A DNA stretch of 64,000 nucleotides from an uncultured Collinsella sp. (GCA_900545745.1 URAD01000001.1:12611-76610); one strand, 5' to 3'; numbered from the stretch's first letter, positions 51,373-61,194 are shown. The notes: a model not told the origin generated them from the letters alone. A program made the numbers and translations.

Positions 51373-52656
51373 CTAAATGGTTTCCAAGAAAGCCTCAATC
51401 CTGGTTTGCAGTTGGCCTGCATCCTCGCCGGCGTAGTCGGTCGTGATGTGCATAAACGGAATGCCGGCCTCCTCGGCGGCCTCCCCCACGGCAAACGACT
51501 CCATCTCGTAGAGCGTGCAGAACTGCAGGGCCACGTCGACGATACCGTCGGCATGCAGGTCCTTGGTCATCTGGACAATGTCCTTCATACGCTGGTCGTT
51601 GGGCGTAAAGACGGCACAGTTGATCTTAAAGTAGCGCTCCGCGATGGCGTCGAGCATCTCGTCGACCGTCTCGCCGGACTCGTCGACCAGGTCCTTGTAG
51701 TAGCGCGAGCCCGTGCAGGACTCCTCGCCCACCACGACGCCACCGGCCTTCTCGATCAGGTTGAACAGCTTCCAGTTGGGCACGGCCATGGGCGTACCGG
51801 TGTACAGGATGCGCTTGGTCCCCTTGGGCGCCACGCCCTCGCCAGCCTCGACACGCTGCTCGCACTCAGCCGCCATATCGTTGATGGCTCCGGTCAGACG
51901 CGGCGTGTCGTCCATAAAGGCGGCTTGAACGGTCAGCAGGCTGTCGAGACCGCTGATGGGCGCCGGGTCGGCAGCGCGCGTGGCAGCGAGGCGCTGCAGG
52001 GCACGGCGCTTCTCATTGACGGCGTGGATGGCGGCCTTCAGACGCTCAGGCGTAATCTTGACGCCGCACTCGTCCTCGATCTTGGCGGCGAGCTTCTTGA
52101 CCTCGGCCTTCCAGGTCACGAGCGTCGACTCGTCGTGTACGTTGGGAATATCCATGACGTACATGTTCTTTTGCGTGGCAAAAAACTCATAAGCCTTCTT
52201 CTTGCCATCGCAGGTGTTCTCGCCCACCACCAGGTCACTCGACTCAATGTAGGGGCAGACCTCGCCCAGCTTAAAGCCGACAAAGCTCTTGATAAGCGGG
52301 CAGGTATTGCGCGGCAGGTGCTCCTCGACCTTATCGGTTGCCCAATCGGCACCCGAGCACAGACCCACAGGGATACCGTCGCAGGCGAGCACAATTTCCT
52401 CGGGCACGTAGACGCAGAACGAACCGACGATCTTGGTGGCCTCGCTGGCCTCCTTCTTGTCGAGCATCTCCTTAATACGGCCGCTGTGGATGTTGGTGGC
52501 CACAAAGTCCAGGTAGGACGTGGCCTTGGGGCGATTGTTCTGCGTCAGGAACATATCGCCGTACATCTGGCCCACGGCGCCCAGCAGCATGTCGTGGTCG
52601 GCAAGATTCATGCCGAGGCTCTCCCACATCGGATGAAAATCGAATTCTTCAGCCAT
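51373..52656 (-). CDS. 2-hydroxyacyl-CoA dehydratase family protein (HgdA/BcrC-like)
   Basis: 427 aa. Conserved Cys motifs (GSFCVYVP, GENTCDGKKK, YTGTPMA, EESCTGSRYY). Confidence 0.7.
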   Translation of the reverse strand: MAEEFDFHPMWESLGMNLADHDMLLGAVGQMYGDMFLTQNNRPKATSYLDFVATNIHSGRIKEMLDKKEASEATKIVGSFCVYVPEEIVLACDGIPVGLCSGADWATDKVEEHLPRNTCPLIKSFVGFKLGEVCPYIESSDLVVGENTCDGKKKAYEFFATQKNMYVMDIPNVHDESTLVTWKAEVKKLAAKIEDECGVKITPERLKAAIHAVNEKRRALQRLAATRAADPAPISGLDSLLTVQAAFMDDTPRLTGAINDMAAECEQRVEAGEGVAPKGTKRILYTGTPMAVPNWKLFNLIEKAGGVVVGEESCTGSRYYKDLVDESGETVDEMLDAIAERYFKINCAVFTPNDQRMKDIVQMTKDLHADGIVDVALQFCTLYEMESFAVGEAAEEAGIPFMHITTDYAGEDAGQLQTRIEAFLETI

Positions 52657-53039
52657 GACGGTTCCCCTCTCGAACCAAAAATGAATAGCTACGGTATTGC
52701 TGCACGGTGGGTGGCGAAAACCCAGCCGCGCCTAAACCCGGAATTTTGGGGAACCTGCTTTGCGGTCGATTATTTAGTTGTGCGTCGTCTCTCCCGGAGC
52801 CGTGAACATACCCGCTCATATGCGACTCCGAGCCATATACAGGGCGCGCGCGGCAACGCGGCGAATGTATGTCGTCTGCGGCATGTGCGCACCCTCCTTT
52901 ACAAGTTGAGGTCAACTATATCAACGGTCATCGACTATGCGAACACCGTTGACATTCGTACGACAGAGGTACCCGTTGCCTTTTAATAATTTATTATCTT
53001 GCTTGATAATTAATCACCATTCTACATTCGGCGAACGGT

Positions 53040-53085
53040 AGGGAACGAAACGGCGGGCTGCCGAGAATCCTCGACAGCCCGCCCT
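53040..53085 (-). terminator. GC-rich hairpin (ggcgggctg...cagcccgcc) downstream of modC
   Basis: Seen directly in sequence, followed by a U/C-rich tract on the minus strand. Confidence 0.4.
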
Positions 53086-53090
53086 CTGCC

Positions 53091-54161
53091 CTACCGACAA
53101 ACCAGATGAATCCTGCTGGCATCAAAATGCATGCGCAGCGTCTCGCCTGCTTGTGGCAGCTCGTCGACAGGCATGCCCACTTTATTGACCTTCCACTGCA
53201 GACGCGTGGGCGCATCGGCACGCGGCACGTCCAATAGCACCAAGCGCTCAAAGCGCGAATCACTCACACGGGCCACGTGCAAGTCATAGCTGTTGCGGCC
53301 CCGCTCAGCGCGATTGTCAACATGGAAGTAGCTTGCGCGAATGCCCAGGTACGCCACATTATCGGGAACCTCGCGACCCACGTTAAAGGTCATACCCCAG
53401 TCGAGGGCCTCAACTTCTTCGTCACCGATCTTACGCGCCCGGCTTGTGTTCTTGCAGCCCGTCAGGCGCAGTGCCGCCAGCGTCTGCGGACGGCGGACCA
53501 CGTCCTCGACGGAGCCGATCTCCTCAACATGCCCGTCGTGCATCACGCAGATGCGCCCGCACAGGCGGCACGCTTCGTCGATGTCGTGGCTCACGTAGAG
53601 CACGGTGCGGTTGCATACATCGAACAGGTCGAGCATGTTCTGTTCGAGGGCGCTCTTAAGATAGGAATCGAGTGCGCTCATGGGCTCGTCGAACATAAAG
53701 ATGCCCGGATGCGCCGCCACCATGCGCGCGAGCGCCACACGTTGCTGCTGACCGCCCGAGAGGCGCGCGGGATAGCGGTCGGCAAAATCGGCCAGACCGA
53801 AAATGCTCAAATAGCACTCGGCGAGCTTTTTGCGCGCGGCGGCGTCGCCCGCATCCTTTACGCCGGCGCACACGTTATCGGCCACCGTCATGTTAGGAAA
53901 CAGCTGATAGTTTTGGAACAGCAGGGCGCATTTTCGCTCCTGGGGCGACAGGTTGATGCCCGCCGCCGAGTCAAAAAAGGTCACGCCGTTGACGACAATC
54001 TTGCCCTCGTCGGGCGTCTCCACGCCGGCAATGCAGCGCAGTGTACAGCTCTTGCCGCAGCCTGAGGCACCGAGCAGCGCCACGCGCTCCTCACCGGCCT
54101 CAAGTTGCATGTCGAGCACAAACCCGGGATAACGTTTTTTAATATCCAAAACGAGCGACAT
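53091..54161 (-). CDS. modC: molybdate ABC transporter ATP-binding protein with C-terminal TOBE domain
   Basis: Walker A GASGCGKS, LSGGQQQRVALAR, and a C-terminal Mo-binding TOBE-like extension. It sits downstream of modB. Confidence 0.85.
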   Translation of the reverse strand: MSLVLDIKKRYPGFVLDMQLEAGEERVALLGASGCGKSCTLRCIAGVETPDEGKIVVNGVTFFDSAAGINLSPQERKCALLFQNYQLFPNMTVADNVCAGVKDAGDAAARKKLAECYLSIFGLADFADRYPARLSGGQQQRVALARMVAAHPGIFMFDEPMSALDSYLKSALEQNMLDLFDVCNRTVLYVSHDIDEACRLCGRICVMHDGHVEEIGSVEDVVRRPQTLAALRLTGCKNTSRARKIGDEEVEALDWGMTFNVGREVPDNVAYLGIRASYFHVDNRAERGRNSYDLHVARVSDSRFERLVLLDVPRADAPTRLQWKVNKVGMPVDELPQAGETLRMHFDASRIHLVCR

Positions 54162-54164
54162 AGC

Positions 54165-55607
54165 TTATCGACCTCCCTGCAAAGCGGCATCATCGCGCAT
54201 GAGCTCGGCCAGCGCCTCGCGATCGATACGCAGCGCATCGCCGCCGACTGGGTCGAGCGAATCGGTCTGGCCGCCCAGCTGCTTGACCTGCTTGCGCTCC
54301 GCACGGGAAAGACCCCGCTCGCGATACTTTTGCGAATGAGCGGTGTACATGTTGATGAACAGGATGACTAGGAAACTAAACGCGATCACGACGACGACCC
54401 AAAAGAGGGCCACCGACGTGTTGCCGCCCATCCACTCAAAGTAGATGGCGATGGGGATGGTCTGCGTAATGCCGGCGTAGTTGCCCGCAAAGAACAGGGT
54501 GCAGCCAAACTCGCCCATGGCACGCGCGAAGGCGAGCACCGTGCCGGCGGCGATGGAGGGCCAGCCGAGCGGCATCATAAGCTTGGTGAAGATGCGACGC
54601 TCGGACCAGCCCAGCGTGCGCGCCGCATCGAGCATCTGCGTGTCGAGGCTCTCGAAGGCTCCGAGCGCCGTACGGTAGACCAGGGGAAACGACACCACGA
54701 CGGCCGAAATGACCGCCGCGGGCCAGGTAAAGACGATCGAGACGCCGTGCGCGATGAGCCACTGGCCCACCCCGGTCGAGCGGCCAAACAGCATGAGGAG
54801 CAGAAAGCCGCAGACCGTGGGCGGCAGCACCATAGGGATGGTAAAGACCGAGTCGAGCAGACCCTTGATGCGACTCGAGGTACCCATAGTCTTCCACGCG
54901 GCGAGCAGGCCCAGCGCAAAGGAGATCAACAGGGCAAGGCCGCTCGTTTTTATGGACACCCAAAACGGTCGATAGTCGATGTCGCCTAAAAAGGAGGCCA
55001 GTGAGGTCAAGGGCCCCTGCTCATTCCGCAACACGACAGACGATGCTTCTACCATTTGAGCGCTATCAAGCCAACGCGCGCCGCCCTTGGCATCACCCGA
55101 GGCTGATGCAATCACCACATAGCGGTCCCCATCCGCACCGCGCTCGTCAAAGCCATAGGTATACCCACCGGCATCAAACGTTGTTTCCGCCGTGACATAC
55201 CAAGGAAGATCCACGTCCCCTAACTGCGCACCCCCCATGCAGTTTGCGCTGTCGAGCTTACAGACGAGGGCCTTGAGACCCGATACGCACTCGTTGTCCT
55301 GCGGATCCAATCCATACTTCTCGACCGCCTTGGGCGATATCCACACCACAACGCGATCGGCAGCAGGCGCCACTACAAGGTCCACGTCCTCGTCAACGGG
55401 AAACCGGTAGCCTTCAGGCTGGCCCTCCATGGTACGGGCGGTCCCCTTGGCCAACCGCTCAAAACCCTCGATCCCATAGGAAAGCCCATGAGCGGTCGCA
55501 GCAACCTGGGCTCCATCCTCAGCGTCTCCAGCAAACGCAAATCCCGGCACCCAGCAAAGCGTGAAGGTTAAAGCACAGGCGACAAGGATGCGGAATCTAT
55601 TAAGCAC
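54165..55607 (-). CDS. modB: molybdate ABC transporter permease ModB fused to an N-terminal secreted ~230-aa domain of unknown function
   Basis: The C-terminal half is a typical ModB (EAA-loop region LDAARTLGWSERRIFTKLMMP). The N-terminus has a signal peptide (MLNRFRILVACALTFTLCWVPGFAFA) from a GTG start with a GGAG RBS, then an extracytoplasmic domain. Confidence 0.7.
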   Translation of the reverse strand: MLNRFRILVACALTFTLCWVPGFAFAGDAEDGAQVAATAHGLSYGIEGFERLAKGTARTMEGQPEGYRFPVDEDVDLVVAPAADRVVVWISPKAVEKYGLDPQDNECVSGLKALVCKLDSANCMGGAQLGDVDLPWYVTAETTFDAGGYTYGFDERGADGDRYVVIASASGDAKGGARWLDSAQMVEASSVVLRNEQGPLTSLASFLGDIDYRPFWVSIKTSGLALLISFALGLLAAWKTMGTSSRIKGLLDSVFTIPMVLPPTVCGFLLLMLFGRSTGVGQWLIAHGVSIVFTWPAAVISAVVVSFPLVYRTALGAFESLDTQMLDAARTLGWSERRIFTKLMMPLGWPSIAAGTVLAFARAMGEFGCTLFFAGNYAGITQTIPIAIYFEWMGGNTSVALFWVVVVIAFSFLVILFINMYTAHSQKYRERGLSRAERKQVKQLGGQTDSLDPVGGDALRIDREALAELMRDDAALQGGR

Positions 55608-55675
55608 GAAAAGCTCCAAGCGAATACGAGGACGGAGTGAAACACAAAACGATGGAATTATCGCGCCAAGCCGCA

Positions 55676-56548
55676 CTACGCGGAAAGCTCAAAGCCGTAC
55701 TTAGCCCAAATCTTCTGAGCCTTCTTGTTGGACAGGCAAAAGTCGATGAACGCCTTGGCTTCGTCGGCATGCTCGGAGCTCTCGGCAACGGCACCCGGGT
55801 ACACGATGGGCTTGTGCGAATCCTCGGGGCACACGAAGGCCTCCTCGATGCCGTCGTAGCGGAAGATATCGGAGCTGTAGACAAAACCGGCTACGCAGTC
55901 GCCCGTAGAGACGTAAGACGCAGCGGTGCCGACCTTATCGGCCAGGGCCACCTTGTCGGCGAGTTCGGGCGCATACTCGCCGTCGTCACCCTCGGTGCCG
56001 GTGTAGAGGCCCACGGAGGCCAGGGCCTGGTTGGCGTACTTGCCGGCAGGAACGGTCTTGGCGTCGCCAATGGCGATCTTGCCGTCCAGATTCGCGACGT
56101 CGGCGATGGCCTCGACCTTGGTGTCGGAGCCCTCGGCGCGAATGATCACGAGGTCGTTGACGAACATGTCCTCACGCGTATCGGCGTCGACGAGTTCGGC
56201 GGTCTCAGCGTCATCCATGGTGCCCTTGGAAGCGGTGATAAGCACGTCGACGGCGGCACCGGCACGCATCTGCTCAACGAGGTCGCCGGAGGCCTTAAAC
56301 TGCGTGTCGGCAAAGGTGGTGCCGGTCTGGTCGGTGTAGAGCTCCTGGACCTCGGGCAAAGCCTTCTCGAGCGAGTTGGCGGCAAAGACCTGCAGCTCGA
56401 CAGCTTTCTTAGAAGACGCCTCAGCAGAACCGGCATCGAATCCGGCCGGCTCAGACGTCTTGCTACCCGAGCAGCCGGCAAGACCAAGGCTGGTAGCGGC
56501 GACAGCAGAAAGCGAGACGAATCCGCAGCGAGAAACCATATCGAACAT
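55676..56548 (-). CDS. modA: molybdate ABC transporter substrate-binding lipoprotein
   Basis: Lipobox SLGLAGCSG. Periplasmic-binding-protein fold. First gene of modABC. Confidence 0.85.
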   Translation of the reverse strand: MFDMVSRCGFVSLSAVAATSLGLAGCSGSKTSEPAGFDAGSAEASSKKAVELQVFAANSLEKALPEVQELYTDQTGTTFADTQFKASGDLVEQMRAGAAVDVLITASKGTMDDAETAELVDADTREDMFVNDLVIIRAEGSDTKVEAIADVANLDGKIAIGDAKTVPAGKYANQALASVGLYTGTEGDDGEYAPELADKVALADKVGTAASYVSTGDCVAGFVYSSDIFRYDGIEEAFVCPEDSHKPIVYPGAVAESSEHADEAKAFIDFCLSNKKAQKIWAKYGFELSA

Positions 56549-56592
56549 ATTCAACCCTTTCGGACCTTGTGCCCGGGTACCCCACCGCGGGC

Positions 56593-56614
56593 TATAATCT
56601 GCAATCAGATTATA
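56593..56614. promoter_or_regulatory. palindrome tataatctg-caat-cagattata in the modA leader; candidate ModE-type operator (and -10-like TATAAT)
   Basis: 9-bp perfect arms, about 45 bp upstream of the modA start, inside the 200-nt mogA-modA intergenic region. Confidence 0.35.
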
Positions 56615-56751
56615 CTTTTGCGCGAATAATGATAGTGAGAAATTATTCTCGTCAGAGAATATAGTTTTGAGTTAGCGTGCACCTCGGCGTCGCTTCGGTG
56701 GAAAACAAAAGCGGAGCAGCCGTTCAGGTCGCCCCGCCGCAGGTAAACCGC

Positions 56752-57231
56752 TTAGTTGGTATGTCCGCCGCCCGCTGTCATCTGAGCCGCATGCTCCAGC
56801 TGGTCCGCTATGGCCTCCCAGCTTTCGCGGGCGGCCTTTGTAGAACCGGGAAAGTTCACGACAAGTGTATGACCTCGTTGCATGCAAATAGCGCGCGAGA
56901 GCATGGCGCGGCGCGTCTTGGTCATCGAGTACGCACGGATTGCCTCTGCAATACCCGGCACATCGCGGTCGCAGACGGCACGCGTCGCCTCGGGCGTCAC
57001 ATCGCGCATCGAAAGCCCCGTGCCGCCGCAGGTGAGCACGACATTGGCGTGACACTCATCGGCGGCTTCCACAATGGCATCACCAATCTCGCTGACGTCG
57101 TCGCGCACGACCACATGCGAGGCGACCGTCCAGCCCTGCGCCCCGATAAGTTCCTCGAGTGCGGCTCCAGCCTCGTCCTGAGCAAGATCGCGCGTGTCCG
57201 AACACGTCACGATCGATATCTTCAACTCCAT
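56752..57231 (-). CDS. mogA: molybdenum cofactor biosynthesis protein MogA/MoaB family
   Basis: ISIVTCSDTRDLAQDEAG...VVLTCGGTG...D.TPEAT. Start at MELKISIV with an AGGAGGAAG RBS. Confidence 0.75.
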   Translation of the reverse strand: MELKISIVTCSDTRDLAQDEAGAALEELIGAQGWTVASHVVVRDDVSEIGDAIVEAADECHANVVLTCGGTGLSMRDVTPEATRAVCDRDVPGIAEAIRAYSMTKTRRAMLSRAICMQRGHTLVVNFPGSTKAARESWEAIADQLEHAAQMTAGGGHTN

Positions 57232-57241
57232 AGTCTTCCTC

Positions 57242-58504
57242 CTACAACACCGTTCCCTCGGGCAGGTCGACGCGAACAACGTCCACGACATCTCCCGCCG
57301 CAAACTCGCACGGTCCTTCGTCAATACGCAGTAGGCAGTTGGCCCGCTGCATCGTGCCGAGCAGCGCCGAATTCTGCGTCTTGGCCTCGGTCACCAACAG
57401 CTCACCGGTCTCGGGGTCGCGCAAAACCGCGGCGCGATCGAAGAAGCGGCGATGCTGTCGCTTTTTCACGCTGTGCGTGAGCGTCGCCTGCTGCACGGGA
57501 CGCTCACCCTCGGCAAAGCCGCGCATCTTGCGAATCGCCGGACGGGCGAGCATCTCAAAGCCCACATACGCCGCGGCCGGATTGCCTGAAAGCCCCAGGT
57601 AGGGCTTGCCCCCGAGCAAGCCAAACGTGATGGCCTTGCCCGGACGCATCGAGATGCGATCGAACAGCACCTCGCCCTCACGCCGGACGAGCGCCGTCAC
57701 GTAGTCGTAATCGCCCGCCGAGGCGCCACCGCTCGTAATGACAAAATCACACTCCTGCACGGCGCGATGCACCAGCTCGGCAATCGCCTGCTCATCGTCG
57801 GGCGCAATGCCGTAAAACACGGGCTCGGCTCCCGCATCGAGCGCCTCGGCCATCAACGCCGAGGAGTTGGAATCACGAATCTGCCCACGCGCCGGCACGT
57901 TACTCGGTGCGACCAGCTCCGTGCCCAGCGAGATGATGCCCACACGCGGGGCGGCGTGCACCTTCACGCGAGCGTATCCGGCGCTTGCCAGCAGACCCGC
58001 GCCCGCCGGAGCCACGACCTCGCCGGCGTGCATCACAACATCGCCAGCATGGGCCTCCTCGGCGGCAGAGCGAACGTTCTCCCCTACCTTGGTAGGCGCC
58101 GAGAAACGAACGTGCGAGCCCTCGTTGCCGTCGCCATCGAGCACGTCGACGATCTCGTATTTCACTACGGCGTCGGCACCTTCGGGCGCCGGCGCACCTG
58201 TCATGATGCGGACCGTCTCGCCCACTCCGATTGTGCCCTCAAACACATGGCCCGCGGCCTCATGTCCGATAACATCGAGCGTCACCGGTGCCTCGCCAGA
58301 TGCCTGCGCCAAGTCCGCCGAGCGCACGGCATATCCGTCCATAGCGCTGTTGGCAAACGGCGAGATGTCGATATCGGCCACCGCGTCCTCGGCCAAGGGA
58401 AGACCGGCGGCCTGCCACACGGGAATCTCGACGAGATCGGTCGGAGCAACGTGCGACAGGACAATCGACTGCGCGTCCTCCAGCGGAATGAGTCTCTCTG
58501 CCAT
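57242..58504 (-). CDS. moeA: molybdopterin molybdenumtransferase MoeA
   Basis: PFANSAMDGYAV, GAPAPEGADAVV, ITSGGASAGDYDY. Start at MAERLIPLE (58504) with an AAGAGGTG RBS. Confidence 0.85.
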   Translation of the reverse strand: MAERLIPLEDAQSIVLSHVAPTDLVEIPVWQAAGLPLAEDAVADIDISPFANSAMDGYAVRSADLAQASGEAPVTLDVIGHEAAGHVFEGTIGVGETVRIMTGAPAPEGADAVVKYEIVDVLDGDGNEGSHVRFSAPTKVGENVRSAAEEAHAGDVVMHAGEVVAPAGAGLLASAGYARVKVHAAPRVGIISLGTELVAPSNVPARGQIRDSNSSALMAEALDAGAEPVFYGIAPDDEQAIAELVHRAVQECDFVITSGGASAGDYDYVTALVRREGEVLFDRISMRPGKAITFGLLGGKPYLGLSGNPAAAYVGFEMLARPAIRKMRGFAEGERPVQQATLTHSVKKRQHRRFFDRAAVLRDPETGELLVTEAKTQNSALLGTMQRANCLLRIDEGPCEFAAGDVVDVVRVDLPEGTVL

Positions 58505-58714
58505 ATGCACCTCTTAATGCCACGGCGCACAACAGGGGCGCCGATTCTTTATGCTTATCTCAGTATAATCCCCCGCCGCACTACCGCGACTTGGCCTGTA
58601 CCCGCAAATACACCTGTCGGTTGCAGGCCGCGAAACAGAATGGAAACCAACCCACCGGCTCGTCGCGTTTACCGCGTTTTATAATGCTTGCGTTGCAACC
58701 TAAAAGAGGAACGT

Positions 58715-60136
58715 ATGGCTCATAACGACAAACCCGAAAGCGCAAACGAAGCGCAGGATCATTCCCAGCCGCTCGACGAAGGCGGTTTTTTCTCCCTGAA
58801 CGACGTCATCACGGCAGGCAGGCATCAGCTCACCCGCTCTGAGCATCTCTTGGCTGCCGACACGCGCCGCAACGCCCGCAACCTACTCGCGAGCACCAAG
58901 TTGCTCGCACTCGTCGTCATCGTCTCGCTCGCCATGGGCGTTGCCGCTTGGGCGTTTTTGGCCTCGCTGAATATCGCGACCGACTATCGCGAGCACCATG
59001 CGTGGGTCTACGCCTTGCTTCCCGTTGTGGGCATGGCCACCGCATGGGTCTACAAGAACCACGGTCTCGCCGCAAAGCGTGGCAACAACCTGGTCATCGA
59101 CTCCGCTCTGGGCACACGCCTCATCCATATGCGCATGGCCGTCCTCACGTTTGTGTGCTCCACGCTCACGCACCTAACGGGCGGATCGGCCGGTCGCGAG
59201 GGGGCCGCGGTGCAGATTGGCGGCACCATCGCCAGCAACATCTCGAGCCTCGCCCACCTCAAAAAGCATGACCACCACGACCTCATGCTCGCCGGCATCT
59301 CGTCGGCCTTTGGTGCCGTATTCGGTTCGCCCCTTGCCGGAGCTTTCTTTGGCATGGAGATGTGCTTTATCGGCAAGATTGACTACACCGCGGGCATTTA
59401 CTGCCTGGTCGCCTCGTTTACCGGCTACTTTACATCAATCGCCCTGGGTACCGAGTACGAAGCGAATGTCATCGCCAGCGTTCCCGCCATGACGCCCAAA
59501 ACGGTCGTCATCGTTGTTATCAACGCCATCATCTTCGGTCTGACGGCACGCCTCTTTGCGTGGTCGGTTCGAACCGTCAAGAGCCTGTACGGTCGCTTTA
59601 TCACCAATTACCTCGTTCGCGCACTTATAGGAGCACTCGTGGTTTTGGCCGCGTATGCCCTCCTCGACGCCTGGGACTACGCCGGCCTTTCCACATGGCT
59701 TTCCGGCGCCGGATTTGCCGGCAACACCACCCTGGCGGACGCAGCCATCAAGTTGGTCGTCACAGCGCTTACCCTGGGCGCGGGCTTCCAAGGCGGCGAG
59801 GTCACGCCCCTGTTTGGCATCGGCGCGGCACTCGGTGGCTGGATCGGTTGCCTTACCGGGCTCGACCCCAGTTTTCTGGCGGCTCTCGGCATGCTCGGCG
59901 TGTTCTGCGCCGGCCTCAACGTGCCCATCACCACCTGCATGATGGCCATCGACCTGTTCCACGGCACGGCCGCCGGGTTCTTTGTCATCGTGGCCTTTAT
60001 CAGCTACCTAACCGGCGGACACCGCGGCGTGTACCCCGCCCAGCGCATCATCTCGCCCAAGCGCCGTTCGCTTATTGTGGATGAGGGCGGTACGGTAGCG
60101 GATGCTATCGAGCGCCACAACGACCTGATAGAGTAG
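58715..60136 (+). CDS. CLC-family channel/antiporter with non-canonical selectivity-filter motifs (GNNLV, GREGA, GEVTP); CLC-F (fluoride/proton antiporter)-like
   Basis: GNNLV in place of GSGIP, GREGAAVQIG, and GEVTP in place of GxFxP. Polytopic, 473 aa from MAHNDK. Confidence 0.7.
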   Translation: MAHNDKPESANEAQDHSQPLDEGGFFSLNDVITAGRHQLTRSEHLLAADTRRNARNLLASTKLLALVVIVSLAMGVAAWAFLASLNIATDYREHHAWVYALLPVVGMATAWVYKNHGLAAKRGNNLVIDSALGTRLIHMRMAVLTFVCSTLTHLTGGSAGREGAAVQIGGTIASNISSLAHLKKHDHHDLMLAGISSAFGAVFGSPLAGAFFGMEMCFIGKIDYTAGIYCLVASFTGYFTSIALGTEYEANVIASVPAMTPKTVVIVVINAIIFGLTARLFAWSVRTVKSLYGRFITNYLVRALIGALVVLAAYALLDAWDYAGLSTWLSGAGFAGNTTLADAAIKLVVTALTLGAGFQGGEVTPLFGIGAALGGWIGCLTGLDPSFLAALGMLGVFCAGLNVPITTCMMAIDLFHGTAAGFFVIVAFISYLTGGHRGVYPAQRIISPKRRSLIVDEGGTVADAIERHNDLIE

Positions 60137-60222
60137 ATGTAATAATCGCCGTGCAGCCACAATCGGGGTCAATTCGACCTGAGCGCGACCGCACTGTCAT
60201 GTCACACGCCGGGAGTCGCCCC

Positions 60223-61185
60223 ATGCACGCAACTGATTTTGGCCGCACGCTCATTATCGCCAACCCAGCCGCCCAGTCGGGTGCGGCGCGCGAAGTTGCC
60301 GAGCGCCTGCAACGCTTTTTGGACATGACCGCACGCGCATCCCATTTTGACCTGGTGCTGACCGAGCGCATGGGACACGCCAAGGAGCTGGCCGCACAGG
60401 CTCAGGGCTATCGCACCGTTATCGCCCTTGGCGGCGACGGCGTGATTCACGAGGTCGTCAACGGACTTATGACGCAAGAGCAGGACGCCCGCCCCGCTCT
60501 TGCCATCCTACCTGTGGGCTCCGGCAACGATTTTGCCCAGACGCTCGACATCGACGATTTCTCCGGCAAGGATTTTGGCGCGCTGCTCACCTGCGAGCTG
60601 CAGCGTCAGGACGTCGGGCGCATTCGCTCATGGAACCCCGCAAACGGTAGCGGCAAGGCTTCCGTTGAGTACTACGACCAGACGCTTTCGATCGGCATCG
60701 ATGCCGCCATCGGCCTTGGCACCACCGAACTGCGAAAAAAGACCGGCTTGACGGGCGCTCCGCTCTACACCCTCTCGGGACTTGAGCAGTTTGGCCTGCG
60801 CTATCGCAACTACCCCATGACAGCCAGCTTTGATCGCGCGCCCGCCGAGCGCGTGAGGGCGATCATCATGGCGATTCAGCTGGGTCCTACCTATGGCTCG
60901 GGCTATCGCATCTGTCCCGACGCCGACCCCTGTGACGGTATATTCGACGTCTGCTACGCCTGCGGCCCCGTTCCGCGCGCGGTCGCGCTTCCCATGTTCC
61001 TTTCGGCCAAAGATGGCCACCATACCAAGTTGCCGCCGGTTCGCATGCGCCGCTGCCGCCATGCCGAGCTTACCTTTGAGGAGCCCGACTACCCCATCCA
61101 GGCCGACGGCGAGCCCGTTGTCGCCTCACGCATCGAGGTCGACATCCTCGCCGGCGCCCTCGAGGTCTGGCACCCCACCCGCTAA
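60223..61185 (+). CDS. diacylglycerol kinase catalytic domain lipid kinase (YegS/DagK family)
   Basis: LIIANPAAQSG ... ALGGDGVIHEVVNGL ... VGSGNDFA. Confidence 0.75.
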   Translation: MHATDFGRTLIIANPAAQSGAAREVAERLQRFLDMTARASHFDLVLTERMGHAKELAAQAQGYRTVIALGGDGVIHEVVNGLMTQEQDARPALAILPVGSGNDFAQTLDIDDFSGKDFGALLTCELQRQDVGRIRSWNPANGSGKASVEYYDQTLSIGIDAAIGLGTTELRKKTGLTGAPLYTLSGLEQFGLRYRNYPMTASFDRAPAERVRAIIMAIQLGPTYGSGYRICPDADPCDGIFDVCYACGPVPRAVALPMFLSAKDGHHTKLPPVRMRRCRHAELTFEEPDYPIQADGEPVVASRIEVDILAGALEVWHPTR

Positions 61186-61194
61186 CCCCACCTA

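Noticed and set aside
58511-58714. Fluoride (crcB) riboswitch upstream of the CLC-F-like gene
   Set aside because: The conserved GGCGAUGG / AAACGC / CUAAUGA-CCUAC cores are not present on the plus strand. The question is left open only as something to scan computationally.
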